64,000 nucleotides of DNA, taken from assembly GCF_051859025.1 (NCBI RefSeq), contig NZ_JBHYGL010000041.1, positions 76,960 through 140,959 on the forward strand, given 5' to 3'. Origin of the DNA: Falsiroseomonas sp. GTDB lineage: Bacteria > Pseudomonadota > Alphaproteobacteria > Acetobacterales > Acetobacteraceae. Within the stretch, counting starts at the first letter, position 1. Each line of letters begins with the position of its first letter. The notes below the pieces were generated by a model, which saw only the letters and a list, made by a program, of their open reading frames with translations, did not search any database and was not told where the DNA came from. Below, in pieces: positions 54,469 to 63,291 of this stretch. A program made the translations under genes and the position numbers.

Positions 54469-55743
54469 TCAGAACGCCGCCCGGAAGGGTAGGATTCGCA
54501 ATTCGTCGCCGGGGGCGACCGCCGTGACATCCTCCGGCAGTTCCGCGAAGGCATCGGATTCCGTCAGCGAGGTCAGCAGACCCGCCCCCTCCCGCGCATA
54601 TTTGCGGGCCACGGGCAGGCCCGGCCCGAAATCCAGCCGGACGCGGACATATTCGCGCCGCCCCGCCTTCTTGCGATAGGCGAAGTCGGCCCGGGCGCTG
54701 AAGCGCGGCAGGCGGTCCGGCGCCGCGCCCGCCAGGCGCAGCACCAGCGGCCGCGCCAGATGCAGGAAGGTGACGACCGCCGCCACGGGGTTGCCGGGCA
54801 GGCCGACCACGGGCACCCCTCCCGAGGCAAAATTTCCGCCTGCCTTCGGCAGGACTCCCATCGCCGCCGGACGCCCCGGCTTGATGGCCAGCCGCCAGAA
54901 GACCAGCCGCCCGCCCTGCCCGATCGCCGCCTTCACATGGTCGGCCTCGCCGGTCGAAACCCCGCCCGAGGTCAGCAGCAGGTCATGGCCGGCGGCCGCC
55001 TGCGCCAGCGCCGCCGCCGTCGCCGCGGGCTCATCCGGCAGGATGCCGAGGTCCACCGCTTCCACCGGCAGCCCGGCCAGCAGCGCCAGCAGGGTGAAGC
55101 GGTTGCTGTCATAGGTCTGCGCCGGGCCGAGCGGCGCGCCCGGCTCCGCCAGTTCATCGCCCGTCGAGAAGACTCCGACCCGCACGAGGGGCCGCACCGG
55201 CAGTTTGCGAAAACCCAGCGCCGCCGCCAGCCCGATCTCCGCCGGGCCGAGCCGCCTGCCCGCTGGCAGGGCCACCACGCCGGTCGCCACATCCTCCCCA
55301 GCCGGGCGGCAATTGGCGCCGCGCTTCAGGCCGGCCGCCAGCAGCACCGCGCCGCCTTCCTCCCGCGCATCCTCCTGCATCATCACGGTGTCCGCGCCAT
55401 CCGGCATGGGCGCGCCGGTGAAGATGCGGATGGCGGTGCCGGGCGCGATGGGGTGCGCTTCCTGGCCGGCCTGGAGGCGCGCGGCGATGGGCAGGCGCGT
55501 TTCGCTGCCCGCCACCAGGTCGGCATGGCGGAAGGCATAGCCATCGACGGCGGAATTGAAGAAGGGCGGCAGTGGCGTGACGGCGCGGAGGTCCTCCGCC
55601 AGGACGCGACCCACGGCCTGGCGCAGCGCCACCTGTTCCGCGCCCTCCGCCGGGGGGATGCGCGCCTCGATGAGCGCCTGCGCCTCCTCCACGGACATGA
55701 GCGGCCCGCCGAAGGCGAAGCAGTCGTCGCTGAGTTGCGCCAT
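54469..55743 (-). CDS. moeA: Molybdopterin molybdotransferase
   Basis: 424 aa. MoeA domains (DGYAFR, TGAPMP, LTSGGVSTGEADH, GLPGNPVAA). Confidence 0.9.
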   Translation of the reverse strand: MAQLSDDCFAFGGPLMSVEEAQALIEARIPPAEGAEQVALRQAVGRVLAEDLRAVTPLPPFFNSAVDGYAFRHADLVAGSETRLPIAARLQAGQEAHPIAPGTAIRIFTGAPMPDGADTVMMQEDAREEGGAVLLAAGLKRGANCRPAGEDVATGVVALPAGRRLGPAEIGLAAALGFRKLPVRPLVRVGVFSTGDELAEPGAPLGPAQTYDSNRFTLLALLAGLPVEAVDLGILPDEPAATAAALAQAAAGHDLLLTSGGVSTGEADHVKAAIGQGGRLVFWRLAIKPGRPAAMGVLPKAGGNFASGGVPVVGLPGNPVAAVVTFLHLARPLVLRLAGAAPDRLPRFSARADFAYRKKAGRREYVRVRLDFGPGLPVARKYAREGAGLLTSLTESDAFAELPEDVTAVAPGDELRILPFRAAF

Positions 55744-55762
55744 GGCCCCCTACCGCCCCCCC

Positions 55763-56281
55763 CTAACGCCCGAGAAATTCCCCCAGCGCCATCGCATGGG
55801 CCAGCACGAGATCGGTGATCGCGTCGATTTCGTCCAGATGCGCCCAGGGAAGATCGCGACCGGGCGGCGCCACGTCGCTGGCGATGGCGGCGATATGCGG
55901 GTCCGCCGGATGCAGCCAGGGCTTGGCGTTGGCGCCGCGATGCACCTCGATCTTCGGGTGGTGGTCGCGCTTGAAGCCCTCCACGATCACGAGGTCCACC
56001 GGCGCCAGCTGCGCCAGCAATTCCTTCAGCGGCGGCTCCGCGGCGCCGCGATGTTCCGTCATCAGCGCCCAGCGATGGGCCGATGCCACCAGCACCTGCC
56101 GCGCGCCCGCCGCGCGATGTTCGTAGCTGTCCTTGCCCGGGCGATCGATGTCGAAGGCGTGGTGCGCGTGCTTCAGGGTGGAAACGCCGAGCCCCCGCGC
56201 CGCCATGGCGGGGATCAGCCGCGTCATCAGCGTGGTCTTGCCGGCGCCGCTCCAGCCCGCCAACCCGATCAACCGCGTCAT
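55763..56281 (-). CDS. mobB: Molybdopterin-guanine dinucleotide biosynthesis protein B
   Basis: 172 aa from MTRLIGLAGWSGAGKTTLM (Walker A; ATG 56281). Contains the VIVEGFK motif. Confidence 0.9.
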   Translation of the reverse strand: MTRLIGLAGWSGAGKTTLMTRLIPAMAARGLGVSTLKHAHHAFDIDRPGKDSYEHRAAGARQVLVASAHRWALMTEHRGAAEPPLKELLAQLAPVDLVIVEGFKRDHHPKIEVHRGANAKPWLHPADPHIAAIASDVAPPGRDLPWAHLDEIDAITDLVLAHAMALGEFLGR

Positions 56282-56351
56282 GCGTGAGTTCCAGACATGA
56301 AAAAGGCCGGCTCGGGACAACCCCGGCCGGCCTGGTTGGTAGGGCGCGGCG

Positions 56352-57383
56352 TCAGTCCGCGCCAGCGGCCTTGGCGCCGGCGGGGCCACCGATGGTGTCC
56401 CGCGCCTTCGCCATTTCCTGCTCCACCCAGAGGGAGTGGTGTTCCTTCGCCCAGTTCAGGTCGACCTCGCCCGAGCCCATCGCATCGAAGGCGCCTTCCA
56501 TGCCGACGGAGCCGATGTAGATGTGCGCGATCATCGCGGCGACCATCAGCACGGACAGCACGCCGTGCACGATGTGCGCCAGCTGCATCCCCGCGATGTC
56601 GGTCATGACGAAGGGGAAGATCAGGACGTAGCCGGAGATCGACACCAGCGCGCCGCCCAGCACCGTGATCCAGAACACCATCTTCTGGCCGCCGTTGAAG
56701 CGCGCGGCTTCCGGATGCCCATGGCCCAGCAAGCCGCCACCCGCCTTGAACCAGGCGATGTCGCGCGCATTCGGGACGTTGTCCTTCACCCACACCAGGA
56801 ACAGCAGGACGATGCCGAGCGTGAAGGGGAAGGCCAGGTAGTTGTGGGCGATCTTGCCCCAGAGGCTGACGGCGGTGAACGCCTCCGGCCCGATGATCGG
56901 CAGCAGCAGGAAGCGGCCGAAGGTCAGGTTGAGGCCCGACAGGCCCAGCACCACGAAGGACGACGCCGTCATCCAATGGGCCGCGCGCTCGAACCCGTTG
57001 AAGCGCTTGATGGTGCGCCCCGCGGGCCCGGCCTCGATCGCGATGCGGCCCTTCGACATGTAGAAGATGACGAGGATGGCCAGCATGCCGAGCACGGCGA
57101 TGCCGCCGACCCAGGTCAGCGTCTTGTTGTGGAAGTCGCGCCATTCCCGGCCTTCCGGCTGGATCAGCACCTCGGACGTCGCATCGGGGATGCTGCCGCG
57201 GCCGGCGATGCGCCCGCCATTCAGCGCCTTCATCAGTTCCAGCTCATCCGCCGAGCCGGGGGTGGTGATGGGGTTGGTCGGCGTGCCCGTCACGGGCCCA
57301 CCGAGCTGCGCCATCGCGGGCGTGGCCAGCGACAGCGCGAGTGCCGCCGCCGCCAGGAACCGGGTGATCCTGTTCATCGTCAT
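56352..57383 (-). CDS. Formate dehydrogenase gamma (cytochrome b) subunit with N-terminal periplasmic extension
   Basis: 343 aa. Signal peptide MTMNRITRFLAAAALALSLATPAMAQ, then about 100 aa, then a 4-TM cytochrome b556-type domain (RFNGFERAAHW..., conserved His residues). Confidence 0.85.
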   Translation of the reverse strand: MTMNRITRFLAAAALALSLATPAMAQLGGPVTGTPTNPITTPGSADELELMKALNGGRIAGRGSIPDATSEVLIQPEGREWRDFHNKTLTWVGGIAVLGMLAILVIFYMSKGRIAIEAGPAGRTIKRFNGFERAAHWMTASSFVVLGLSGLNLTFGRFLLLPIIGPEAFTAVSLWGKIAHNYLAFPFTLGIVLLFLVWVKDNVPNARDIAWFKAGGGLLGHGHPEAARFNGGQKMVFWITVLGGALVSISGYVLIFPFVMTDIAGMQLAHIVHGVLSVLMVAAMIAHIYIGSVGMEGAFDAMGSGEVDLNWAKEHHSLWVEQEMAKARDTIGGPAGAKAAGAD

Positions 57384-57393
57384 TTCCCCGGGA

Positions 57394-57990
57394 TTACGCG
57401 CCGACAGTCTCGCGATACGCCGTGCGCCAGCCCCAGGCGCCGGCGCCGTAGCCGCGCTTGGCCACGCGCTCGCGGTAGATGGTCGCGATCATCTGGCCGT
57501 CGCCGGCCAGCAGCGCCTTGGTGGAGCACATCTCGGCGCAGAGCGGCAGCTTGCCTTCCGCAATGCGGTTGGCGCCGTACTGCGTGTATTCCACCAGCGT
57601 GCCGTCCTGCTGCGGCCCGCCGGCACAGTAGGTGCACTTGTCCATCTTCCCGCGGCCGCCGAAATTGCCGACGCGCGGATATTGCGGCGCGCCGAAGGGG
57701 CAGGCGTAGAAGCAGTAGCCGCAGCCGATGCACAGATCCTTGTCGTGCAGCACGATGGCATCCGCCGTCGTGTAGAAGCAGGACACGGGACAGACGGCCG
57801 CGCAGGGTGCGTCCGTGCAGTGCATGCAGGCCATGGAGATCGAGCGTTCGCCGGGCCGGCCGTCATTGATCGTGACGACGCGGCGGCGGTTGATGCCCCA
57901 GGGCACCTCATGCTCGTTCTTACAGGCGGTGACGCAGGCGTTGCATTCGATGCAACGGTCGCTGTCGCAGAGGAACTTCATCCGAGCCAT
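57394..57990 (-). CDS. Formate dehydrogenase beta (4Fe-4S ferredoxin-type) subunit
   Basis: 198 aa with four Cys clusters (CIECNACVTAC, CMHCTDAPC, CIGCGYCFYAC, CTYC...C). Confidence 0.9.
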   Translation of the reverse strand: MARMKFLCDSDRCIECNACVTACKNEHEVPWGINRRRVVTINDGRPGERSISMACMHCTDAPCAAVCPVSCFYTTADAIVLHDKDLCIGCGYCFYACPFGAPQYPRVGNFGGRGKMDKCTYCAGGPQQDGTLVEYTQYGANRIAEGKLPLCAEMCSTKALLAGDGQMIATIYRERVAKRGYGAGAWGWRTAYRETVGA

Positions 57991-58006
57991 TGGTTCTGTC
58001 CCCCTC

Positions 58007-60928
58007 TTAGGCCGCGCGGATCTGGCAGAGCGTGACCTTGGTTTCCTGCATGAAGGTCACCGGGTCGTAGCCGTAGGTCGTGATGGCGTTGACGCTTTCG
58101 CCGAGCACGATCGGGTCCGTGCCCTGCGGGTAGCGGCGCCGCTGGTCCTCGCCCATGAAATGGCCGGCGAAGTGGAAGGGCATCCAGGCGACGCCCCGTC
58201 CCACACGCTCCGTCACCATGGCCTTCATGCGGGCCTTGGACTGGTTCTCCGGCCCCGTCACCCAGACCCAGCCGCCATCGCGGATGTTCCGCGCCGCGGC
58301 ATCGGCCGGGTTGATCTCGACGAACATGTCCTGCTGCAGCTCGGCGAGCCACTTGTTGGACCGCGTCTCCTCGCCACCACCCTCGTATTCGACCAGGCGG
58401 CCGGAGGAGAGGATGATCGGGAAGTCGCGCGCCACCTGGTGGCTGCGGTTCTGCACCGTCACGCCGAGATGCGGCATGCGGAAGCCGCGGCGGTCCGGCA
58501 GGGTCGGGTACTGCGCGATCAGGTCGGTGCGCGGCGTGTAGATGGGCTCACGGTGCACCGGCACGGGGTCGGGCAGGTTCCAGGCCACGGCGCGAGCCTT
58601 GCCGTTGCCGTAGGGCACGCAGCCATGTTCCATCGCGACCCGGATGATGCCCATGGACAGATCTGTGGCCCAGGAGAAGTTGCCCCCGTTGGCCTCGATC
58701 CAGCCCTTCTCCTCCGCCGTCAGGTCGTCATACCAGCCGAGGCGGCGGAGCACCGCCGTAGTGAATTCGGGGTAGCCGTCCTGGATCTCGGAGCCCTTGG
58801 ACCAGGACCCCTCCGCCAGCAGCGTCACGCCGTTGCGCTCCACGCCGAAGCGCGGGCGGAAGGTGCCGCCGCCATCCTTCACGTGCAGCTGGGTGTTGTA
58901 CAGGATGTGGCTGCCCGGGTGCTTCCACTCCGCCTTGCCCCAACAGGGCCAGGGCATGCCGTAGAACTCGTTCTCCACCGGCGTGCCGGCGCGGCCGCGC
59001 AGCGTCACCAGGTCGAACTTGTCCTGGTGCTCCATGTGCAGCTTCAGGCGTTCCGGGGACTGGCCGGTATAGCCGGTGGACAGCGCGCCGCGGTTGATCT
59101 CCCGCAGGATGCTCTCCGCCGTCGGTGCGTTGTCCTTGACCTCCATGGTCTTGAAGATCTCGGCCTGGAAGCGGATCGCCTGGTTGCTCCGCTCCGCCGC
59201 GCGGTCCAGCGCGCCGGTCAGGCGGTACATCATCTCGTAGTCGTTCTTCGATTCGAAGATCGGGTTGACGACCTTCGCGCCCCACTGGACGGACCGGTTG
59301 GACGCCGTGCGGCTGCCGTCGCATTCAAACTGCGTCGAGATCGGCAGCAGGTAGGTGTTCTCACGCCGGTTGCCGAGCACCGCGAAGGTGGTGGGGTGCG
59401 GGTCGGCGACGACCAGCAGGTCCAGCGCCTCCAGCCCCTTCACCGCTTCCGGCATGCGCGTGACGGTGTTGCCGCCATGGCCCACCACCAGCATGCCCTT
59501 CACGCGGTCACGCTGCTGGATCTGGTCCTTGGGCAGGGTGATGGCGTCGAAGTAGCGCGTCGTCGGGATGCCCGGCGTCGTCATCATGGCCGGCGTGTCG
59601 AAGCGCGCCACCATGTCCTCGTAGCGGACATTCCACACCCGGCTCCAATGCCGCCAGGCGCCCTCGTCCAGCCCGTAATAGGCCGGCAGCGTGCCCACAT
59701 CGAGGCCGAAGTCCGTCGCGCCCTGCACGTTGCAGTGGCCGCGGAAGATGTTGGCGCCGGTGCCTTCAAGCCCGACATTGCCGGTGGCCAGCAGCAGGAT
59801 GGAGAAGGCGCGGACATTGGCCGTGCCGACCGTCTTCTGCGTGGCGCCCATGCACCAGATCAGCGTCGAGGGCTTTTCGGTCGCGAAGGCCTGCGCCACC
59901 TTCTTCAACTGGTCGCCCGGCACGCCGGAGACACGCTCGACCTCGGCCGGCGTCCACTTCGCGCATTCCGCCCGGATCTCGTCCATGCCGAAGACGCGTT
60001 GCGCGATGAACTGCTTGTCTTCCCAGCCATTGGCGAAGATGTGGTGCAGCATGCCCCACATCACGGGGATGTCCGTGCCCGGACGGATGCGGACATAGTC
60101 GGTGGCGTGCGCCGCCGTGCGGGTGAAGCGCGGATCGATGACGATCAGCTTCGCGCGGTTCCGTTCCTTGCCGCTCAGCACATGCTGCAGCGACACGGGA
60201 TGCGCTTCCGCGGGGTTCCCGCCCATGATGATCATGGTCTTGGAATTGCGGATGTCGTTGTAGCTGTTCGTCTGGGCGCCATAGCCCCAGGTGTTCGCCA
60301 CGCCCGCCACGGTGGTGGAGTGGCAGATGCGCGCCTGGTGGTCGACGGAGTTGGTGCCCCAGAAGGCCGCGAACTTGCGGAACAGATAGGCGCCCTCGTT
60401 CGAGAACTTGGCGCTGCCCAGCAGGAACATGCTGTCCGGCCCGCTTTCGGCCCGGATCTTCATCATCCGGTCGGCGATCTCGTTCAGCGCGACATCCCAG
60501 CTGATGCGCTGCCACTGCCCGCCGACGAGCTTCATCGGGAACTTCAGGCGCCGGTCGCCATGCACCAGTTCACGGACGCTGGCGCCCTTGGCGCAATGCG
60601 TGCCGCGGTTGATCGGGCTTTCCCAGGCGGGCTCCTGCCCGACCCAGACGCCGTTCTGCACTTCCGCCACGACCGTGCAGCCCACCGAGCAATGGGTGCA
60701 GATGTTGCGGATGCGCTGGATCGGCTTCGACAGGTCGGCAACGCCCGTCGCGGCCCCGCTGGCCTGCGCACGGCCGGGCCCCATGGCGCCCAGCGCCGCG
60801 AGCCCCGCGGCGCCGAAGCCGGCCTGGCGGAGGAAGCTGCGGCGGTCCAGCCCGCCGGAGGACAATCCCTGATAGGCGGCGGCCAGGCGCTGGCGCGCGG
60901 CCTTGCCTTCGGAGCGCTTGATCAGCAT
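58007..60928 (-). CDS. Formate dehydrogenase alpha subunit (Mo/W-bisPGD), Tat-exported, Cys-type
   Basis: 973 aa. Tat motif DRRSFLRQAGFGAA. N-terminal 4Fe-4S motif CTHCSVGC. Active-site context HQARICHSTTVAG, where E. coli FdnG has selenocysteine. No in-frame TGA. Confidence 0.95.
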   Translation of the reverse strand: MLIKRSEGKAARQRLAAAYQGLSSGGLDRRSFLRQAGFGAAGLAALGAMGPGRAQASGAATGVADLSKPIQRIRNICTHCSVGCTVVAEVQNGVWVGQEPAWESPINRGTHCAKGASVRELVHGDRRLKFPMKLVGGQWQRISWDVALNEIADRMMKIRAESGPDSMFLLGSAKFSNEGAYLFRKFAAFWGTNSVDHQARICHSTTVAGVANTWGYGAQTNSYNDIRNSKTMIIMGGNPAEAHPVSLQHVLSGKERNRAKLIVIDPRFTRTAAHATDYVRIRPGTDIPVMWGMLHHIFANGWEDKQFIAQRVFGMDEIRAECAKWTPAEVERVSGVPGDQLKKVAQAFATEKPSTLIWCMGATQKTVGTANVRAFSILLLATGNVGLEGTGANIFRGHCNVQGATDFGLDVGTLPAYYGLDEGAWRHWSRVWNVRYEDMVARFDTPAMMTTPGIPTTRYFDAITLPKDQIQQRDRVKGMLVVGHGGNTVTRMPEAVKGLEALDLLVVADPHPTTFAVLGNRRENTYLLPISTQFECDGSRTASNRSVQWGAKVVNPIFESKNDYEMMYRLTGALDRAAERSNQAIRFQAEIFKTMEVKDNAPTAESILREINRGALSTGYTGQSPERLKLHMEHQDKFDLVTLRGRAGTPVENEFYGMPWPCWGKAEWKHPGSHILYNTQLHVKDGGGTFRPRFGVERNGVTLLAEGSWSKGSEIQDGYPEFTTAVLRRLGWYDDLTAEEKGWIEANGGNFSWATDLSMGIIRVAMEHGCVPYGNGKARAVAWNLPDPVPVHREPIYTPRTDLIAQYPTLPDRRGFRMPHLGVTVQNRSHQVARDFPIILSSGRLVEYEGGGEETRSNKWLAELQQDMFVEINPADAAARNIRDGGWVWVTGPENQSKARMKAMVTERVGRGVAWMPFHFAGHFMGEDQRRRYPQGTDPIVLGESVNAITTYGYDPVTFMQETKVTLCQIRAA

Positions 60929-60949
60929 GCGTGCGTTCCCCCGTTCTTC

Positions 60950-61171
60950 TTATTCGTAGGCGTTGGTGCGGTAGAAGGCCTGCACATGCGCCGAATCGCC
61001 CTTGTAGCGGGCGGCCAGGCGCTGCTGCTCATTCTCCTTCCGCGCATCGCGCGACGGCACATTGTCCGCGCGCTGCGCCAGCGCGGGCGCTGCGGTGGCT
61101 GCCGCCGTGCCCAGGCCCAGCGCCTTCAGGAAACCCCGGCGGATGGACTTTTCCGTCCCTTGTTCGCTCAT
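60950..61171 (-). CDS. Small Tat-signal protein of formate dehydrogenase operons (formate-dehydrogenase-region TAT target)
   Basis: 73 aa from MSEQGTEKSIRRGFLKALGLGTAAATAAPALAQ. ATG 61171 is chosen because GGGAG lies 9 nt upstream. The track ORF starts at TTG 61192. Confidence 0.75.
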   Translation of the reverse strand: MSEQGTEKSIRRGFLKALGLGTAAATAAPALAQRADNVPSRDARKENEQQRLAARYKGDSAHVQAFYRTNAYE

Positions 61172-61196
61172 GGTCATCAGCTCCCGGTTCAAACCA

Positions 61197-61796
61197 TCAG
61201 GCCGGCAGGTCGGCTGCCGCGGCCTCGATCTCGATCACGGTGCGGCCCAGCCGGCCCACCGCCCTGTAGAACACCGCCATCTCCGCCTTTTCGAGGTCGG
61301 CGAAGAAACGCCCCGCCCAGGGGCGCATATGACGGGTGAAGAAATCGTTCGCCTGCTCGGGCTCCGCCGCGAAGGCGCCCGCGATCAGCCCGGCCAGCAC
61401 TTCGCACATGAAGGCGATGTGGTCCTCGGGCTCCGCGATGCCCTCCGCCTTCTCGACGCCAAGGCGCATCAGGTCCCCGCGCAGATCGGCCAGCGGCCGT
61501 TCATGCAGGAAGCCGGTCAGGTAGTAGGAGGCATAGGGAAGCAGCTCGCCCCGGCCGACGCCGATGAACAGGTCGAAGAACTCGCGTTCCAGCGCCTCCG
61601 GCGTGGCGGCGGCGGCCGCGGCGGAGATCGCCGCATAGGCATCGCCCAGCTCGCCCGGCCCGCGCGGCAACAGCTTCAGCCGCGCGAGGAGGGCAGCATC
61701 AGGCGCATGGCTCAGCAGGCGGCCCAGCAGCGCGAACAGCCGAGCCCGTTCCGCATCCACGGCGTCCAACGCTGCTGAAGATTGCGTTTCCGTCAT
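61197..61796 (-). CDS. TorD/DmsD-family redox-enzyme maturation chaperone
   Basis: 199 aa. The pattern EREFFDLFIGVGRGELLPYASYY...EPEDHIAFMCEVLA is typical of TorD-like chaperones. First gene of the FDH operon. Confidence 0.85.
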   Translation of the reverse strand: MTETQSSAALDAVDAERARLFALLGRLLSHAPDAALLARLKLLPRGPGELGDAYAAISAAAAAATPEALEREFFDLFIGVGRGELLPYASYYLTGFLHERPLADLRGDLMRLGVEKAEGIAEPEDHIAFMCEVLAGLIAGAFAAEPEQANDFFTRHMRPWAGRFFADLEKAEMAVFYRAVGRLGRTVIEIEAAAADLPA

Positions 61797-61854
61797 TAAG
61801 CCGCCGAAAATCCCAAGATGCGGAAGTTACGCCAATTCCGCCTCTGCCGGCCAA

Positions 61855-61883
61855 ATCCTATCAAGTTTTCAGGGGTAATCCAA
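61855..61883 (-). promoter_or_regulatory. Tentative sigma70-type promoter of the FDH operon
   Basis: Minus strand reads TTGGAT (61883-61878), 17 nt, TAGGAT (61860-61855), about 60 nt upstream of the torD-like ATG, in the most AT-rich spacer of the window. Pattern match only. Confidence 0.25.
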
Positions 61884-62011
61884 CCCCAGGGATCGGGATG
61901 GGGCGCGGTCGCACAATGTTGAATATCATATACTATTCATTCGTAGGGTAGGCGCTGGGACCGGCGTGCCGCCGGCCTGTTTTCCAGCGGGAAACATTAC
62001 CAGAATTGCAG

Positions 62012-62731
62012 TTATGCCGGCAGCGCCCCGCCGTGGCGCCGCCGCCGCGGCTGGGGCCCGCCGCAATCCTCTTCCGTCGTTGGCAACGCGGCCATGGGCG
62101 GGGGTGCGATCGGGGAGGCCAGGGTTGCGCCCGGGGGGAGCATGGCGGGCGCTTCCACCATCACGGCCGGCCCCGAGTCGGGCAGCGCCCCAGGCTCGGG
62201 CAGTGTCCCAGGCTCGGGCAGCGGGGCCTCTTCCGGCGGGGCTGCGTCGTCCAGCGACGCCGGCTTCTCCTCCACCGCCCCGATCGCCTGGGCCAGCAGC
62301 TTCTGCACATCCCCGATCAGTTCGGAGGCGAAGCCGTTCGGCAGCCCGCCCGGCGTGTTGAAGTCCCACTGGTATTCGACGGGGCCGATATAGTCGCGGA
62401 TCGCGGGGTCCAGGCTCCACATGCGCCGCAGCGCCGCCGATCGCAGCGCGGCGGGGATGCCGGGGCGGAGGAAGGGCGCCAGGTCGCTCGTCACCGACAA
62501 TTCGTCGATCCGCGGCAGGGTCGAGAGGTCGATCGGCTCCATGCCCGGAATCGGGCAGGTGCCGGATTTGGGCACACCCCCGGTTGAGTCGGCGGCTGCG
62601 TCCCCGGTTGGGTCTGGGGACAGGGGTTCCGGCATGGCCAGGGCGTCCGGCGGCGTCTCCGCCTCGGCCTCCATGCCCCGCTTGCGGCGGGACCAGCGGC
62701 CGAGGAAGCCGGGCTCCCCCTCCCCGCTCAC
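62012..62731 (-). CDS. DUF3306 domain-containing protein
   Basis: 239 aa with a GTG start in a GTGA overlap with the upstream gene. N-terminal FLGRWSRRKR and central LRSAALRRMWSLDPAIRDYIGPVEYQWDFN blocks, characteristic of DUF3306 as I recall it. Confidence 0.75.
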   Translation of the reverse strand: MSGEGEPGFLGRWSRRKRGMEAEAETPPDALAMPEPLSPDPTGDAAADSTGGVPKSGTCPIPGMEPIDLSTLPRIDELSVTSDLAPFLRPGIPAALRSAALRRMWSLDPAIRDYIGPVEYQWDFNTPGGLPNGFASELIGDVQKLLAQAIGAVEEKPASLDDAAPPEEAPLPEPGTLPEPGALPDSGPAVMVEAPAMLPPGATLASPIAPPPMAALPTTEEDCGGPQPRRRRHGGALPA

Positions 62732-63291
62732 GCCTCATCCTCCGGCATCCGCCGCGCATTTGCCGCATCCGCGCTCCGCGCCGGGGTCCCATCCGCGCTC
62801 CGCGCGAGTGCCTCCGGGTTCGCCTGGTCGCGCTTGCGCTTGTAGAAGCCGCGTTCCTTGTGGTGGCGGGCGACGAACTCCGTCGCGATGGCGTGCAGCC
62901 CGGGCGGCATGGGCAGCGCCTCCATCAGATCCTGCCCGACATCGGCGTGCAGATGCGCCTCCCCAGGATCGACCATCACGGATTGCAGCGCCATGCCAGG
63001 CTCGGCCTCGGTCGGGCGCAGCAGCACCCAGACCAGGGGCTGCGCGGATTCGAGGTTGTGCTTGTAGTTGTCGGTGTCGGTCGGGTGCATCACCACCTCC
63101 GCGACGCCGGCGAAGAACAGGGCGCGGCCGCTATCTTCCCGCAGCTTGGTCCAGGCGGGGACGGGGGGCGCATGTTCCAGCACCTCCACCGCCTGCCAGA
63201 CGTGATCCACCCACTTGGTCACACCCGGCCGGCGTTCGGCGATGACGGCGACCTGCACCGCCACGGAATCGGGGTGGCGCGGCACGCTCAT
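62728..63291 (-). CDS. DUF3305 domain-containing protein
   Basis: 187 aa. ATGA overlap with the upstream gene. Contains VAVIAERRPGVTKWVDHVWQAVEVL... and a basic ERGFYKRKRD tail. Confidence 0.75.
   Translation of the reverse strand: MSVPRHPDSVAVQVAVIAERRPGVTKWVDHVWQAVEVLEHAPPVPAWTKLREDSGRALFFAGVAEVVMHPTDTDNYKHNLESAQPLVWVLLRPTEAEPGMALQSVMVDPGEAHLHADVGQDLMEALPMPPGLHAIATEFVARHHKERGFYKRKRDQANPEALARSADGTPARSADAANARRMPEDEA

Noticed and set aside
58007-60928. Possible selenocysteine (in-frame TGA plus SECIS) in the FDH alpha subunit
   Set aside because: The ORF is uninterrupted, and the position homologous to Sec in E. coli FdnG is a Cys codon (ARICHSTT). This is therefore a Cys-type enzyme.
57815-61339. 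1174-aa plus-strand ORF
   Set aside because: It is antisense to the FDH alpha/beta genes, whose products carry Tat, Fe-S and Mo-bisPGD signatures. Composition is artefactual.
61915-61940. FNR/CRP-type box in the FDH promoter region (ttgaatatcatatac)
   Set aside because: It does not fit TTGAT-N4-ATCAA because the right half-site is absent. I report only the GAATA-N8-TATTC repeat, as an unassigned element.
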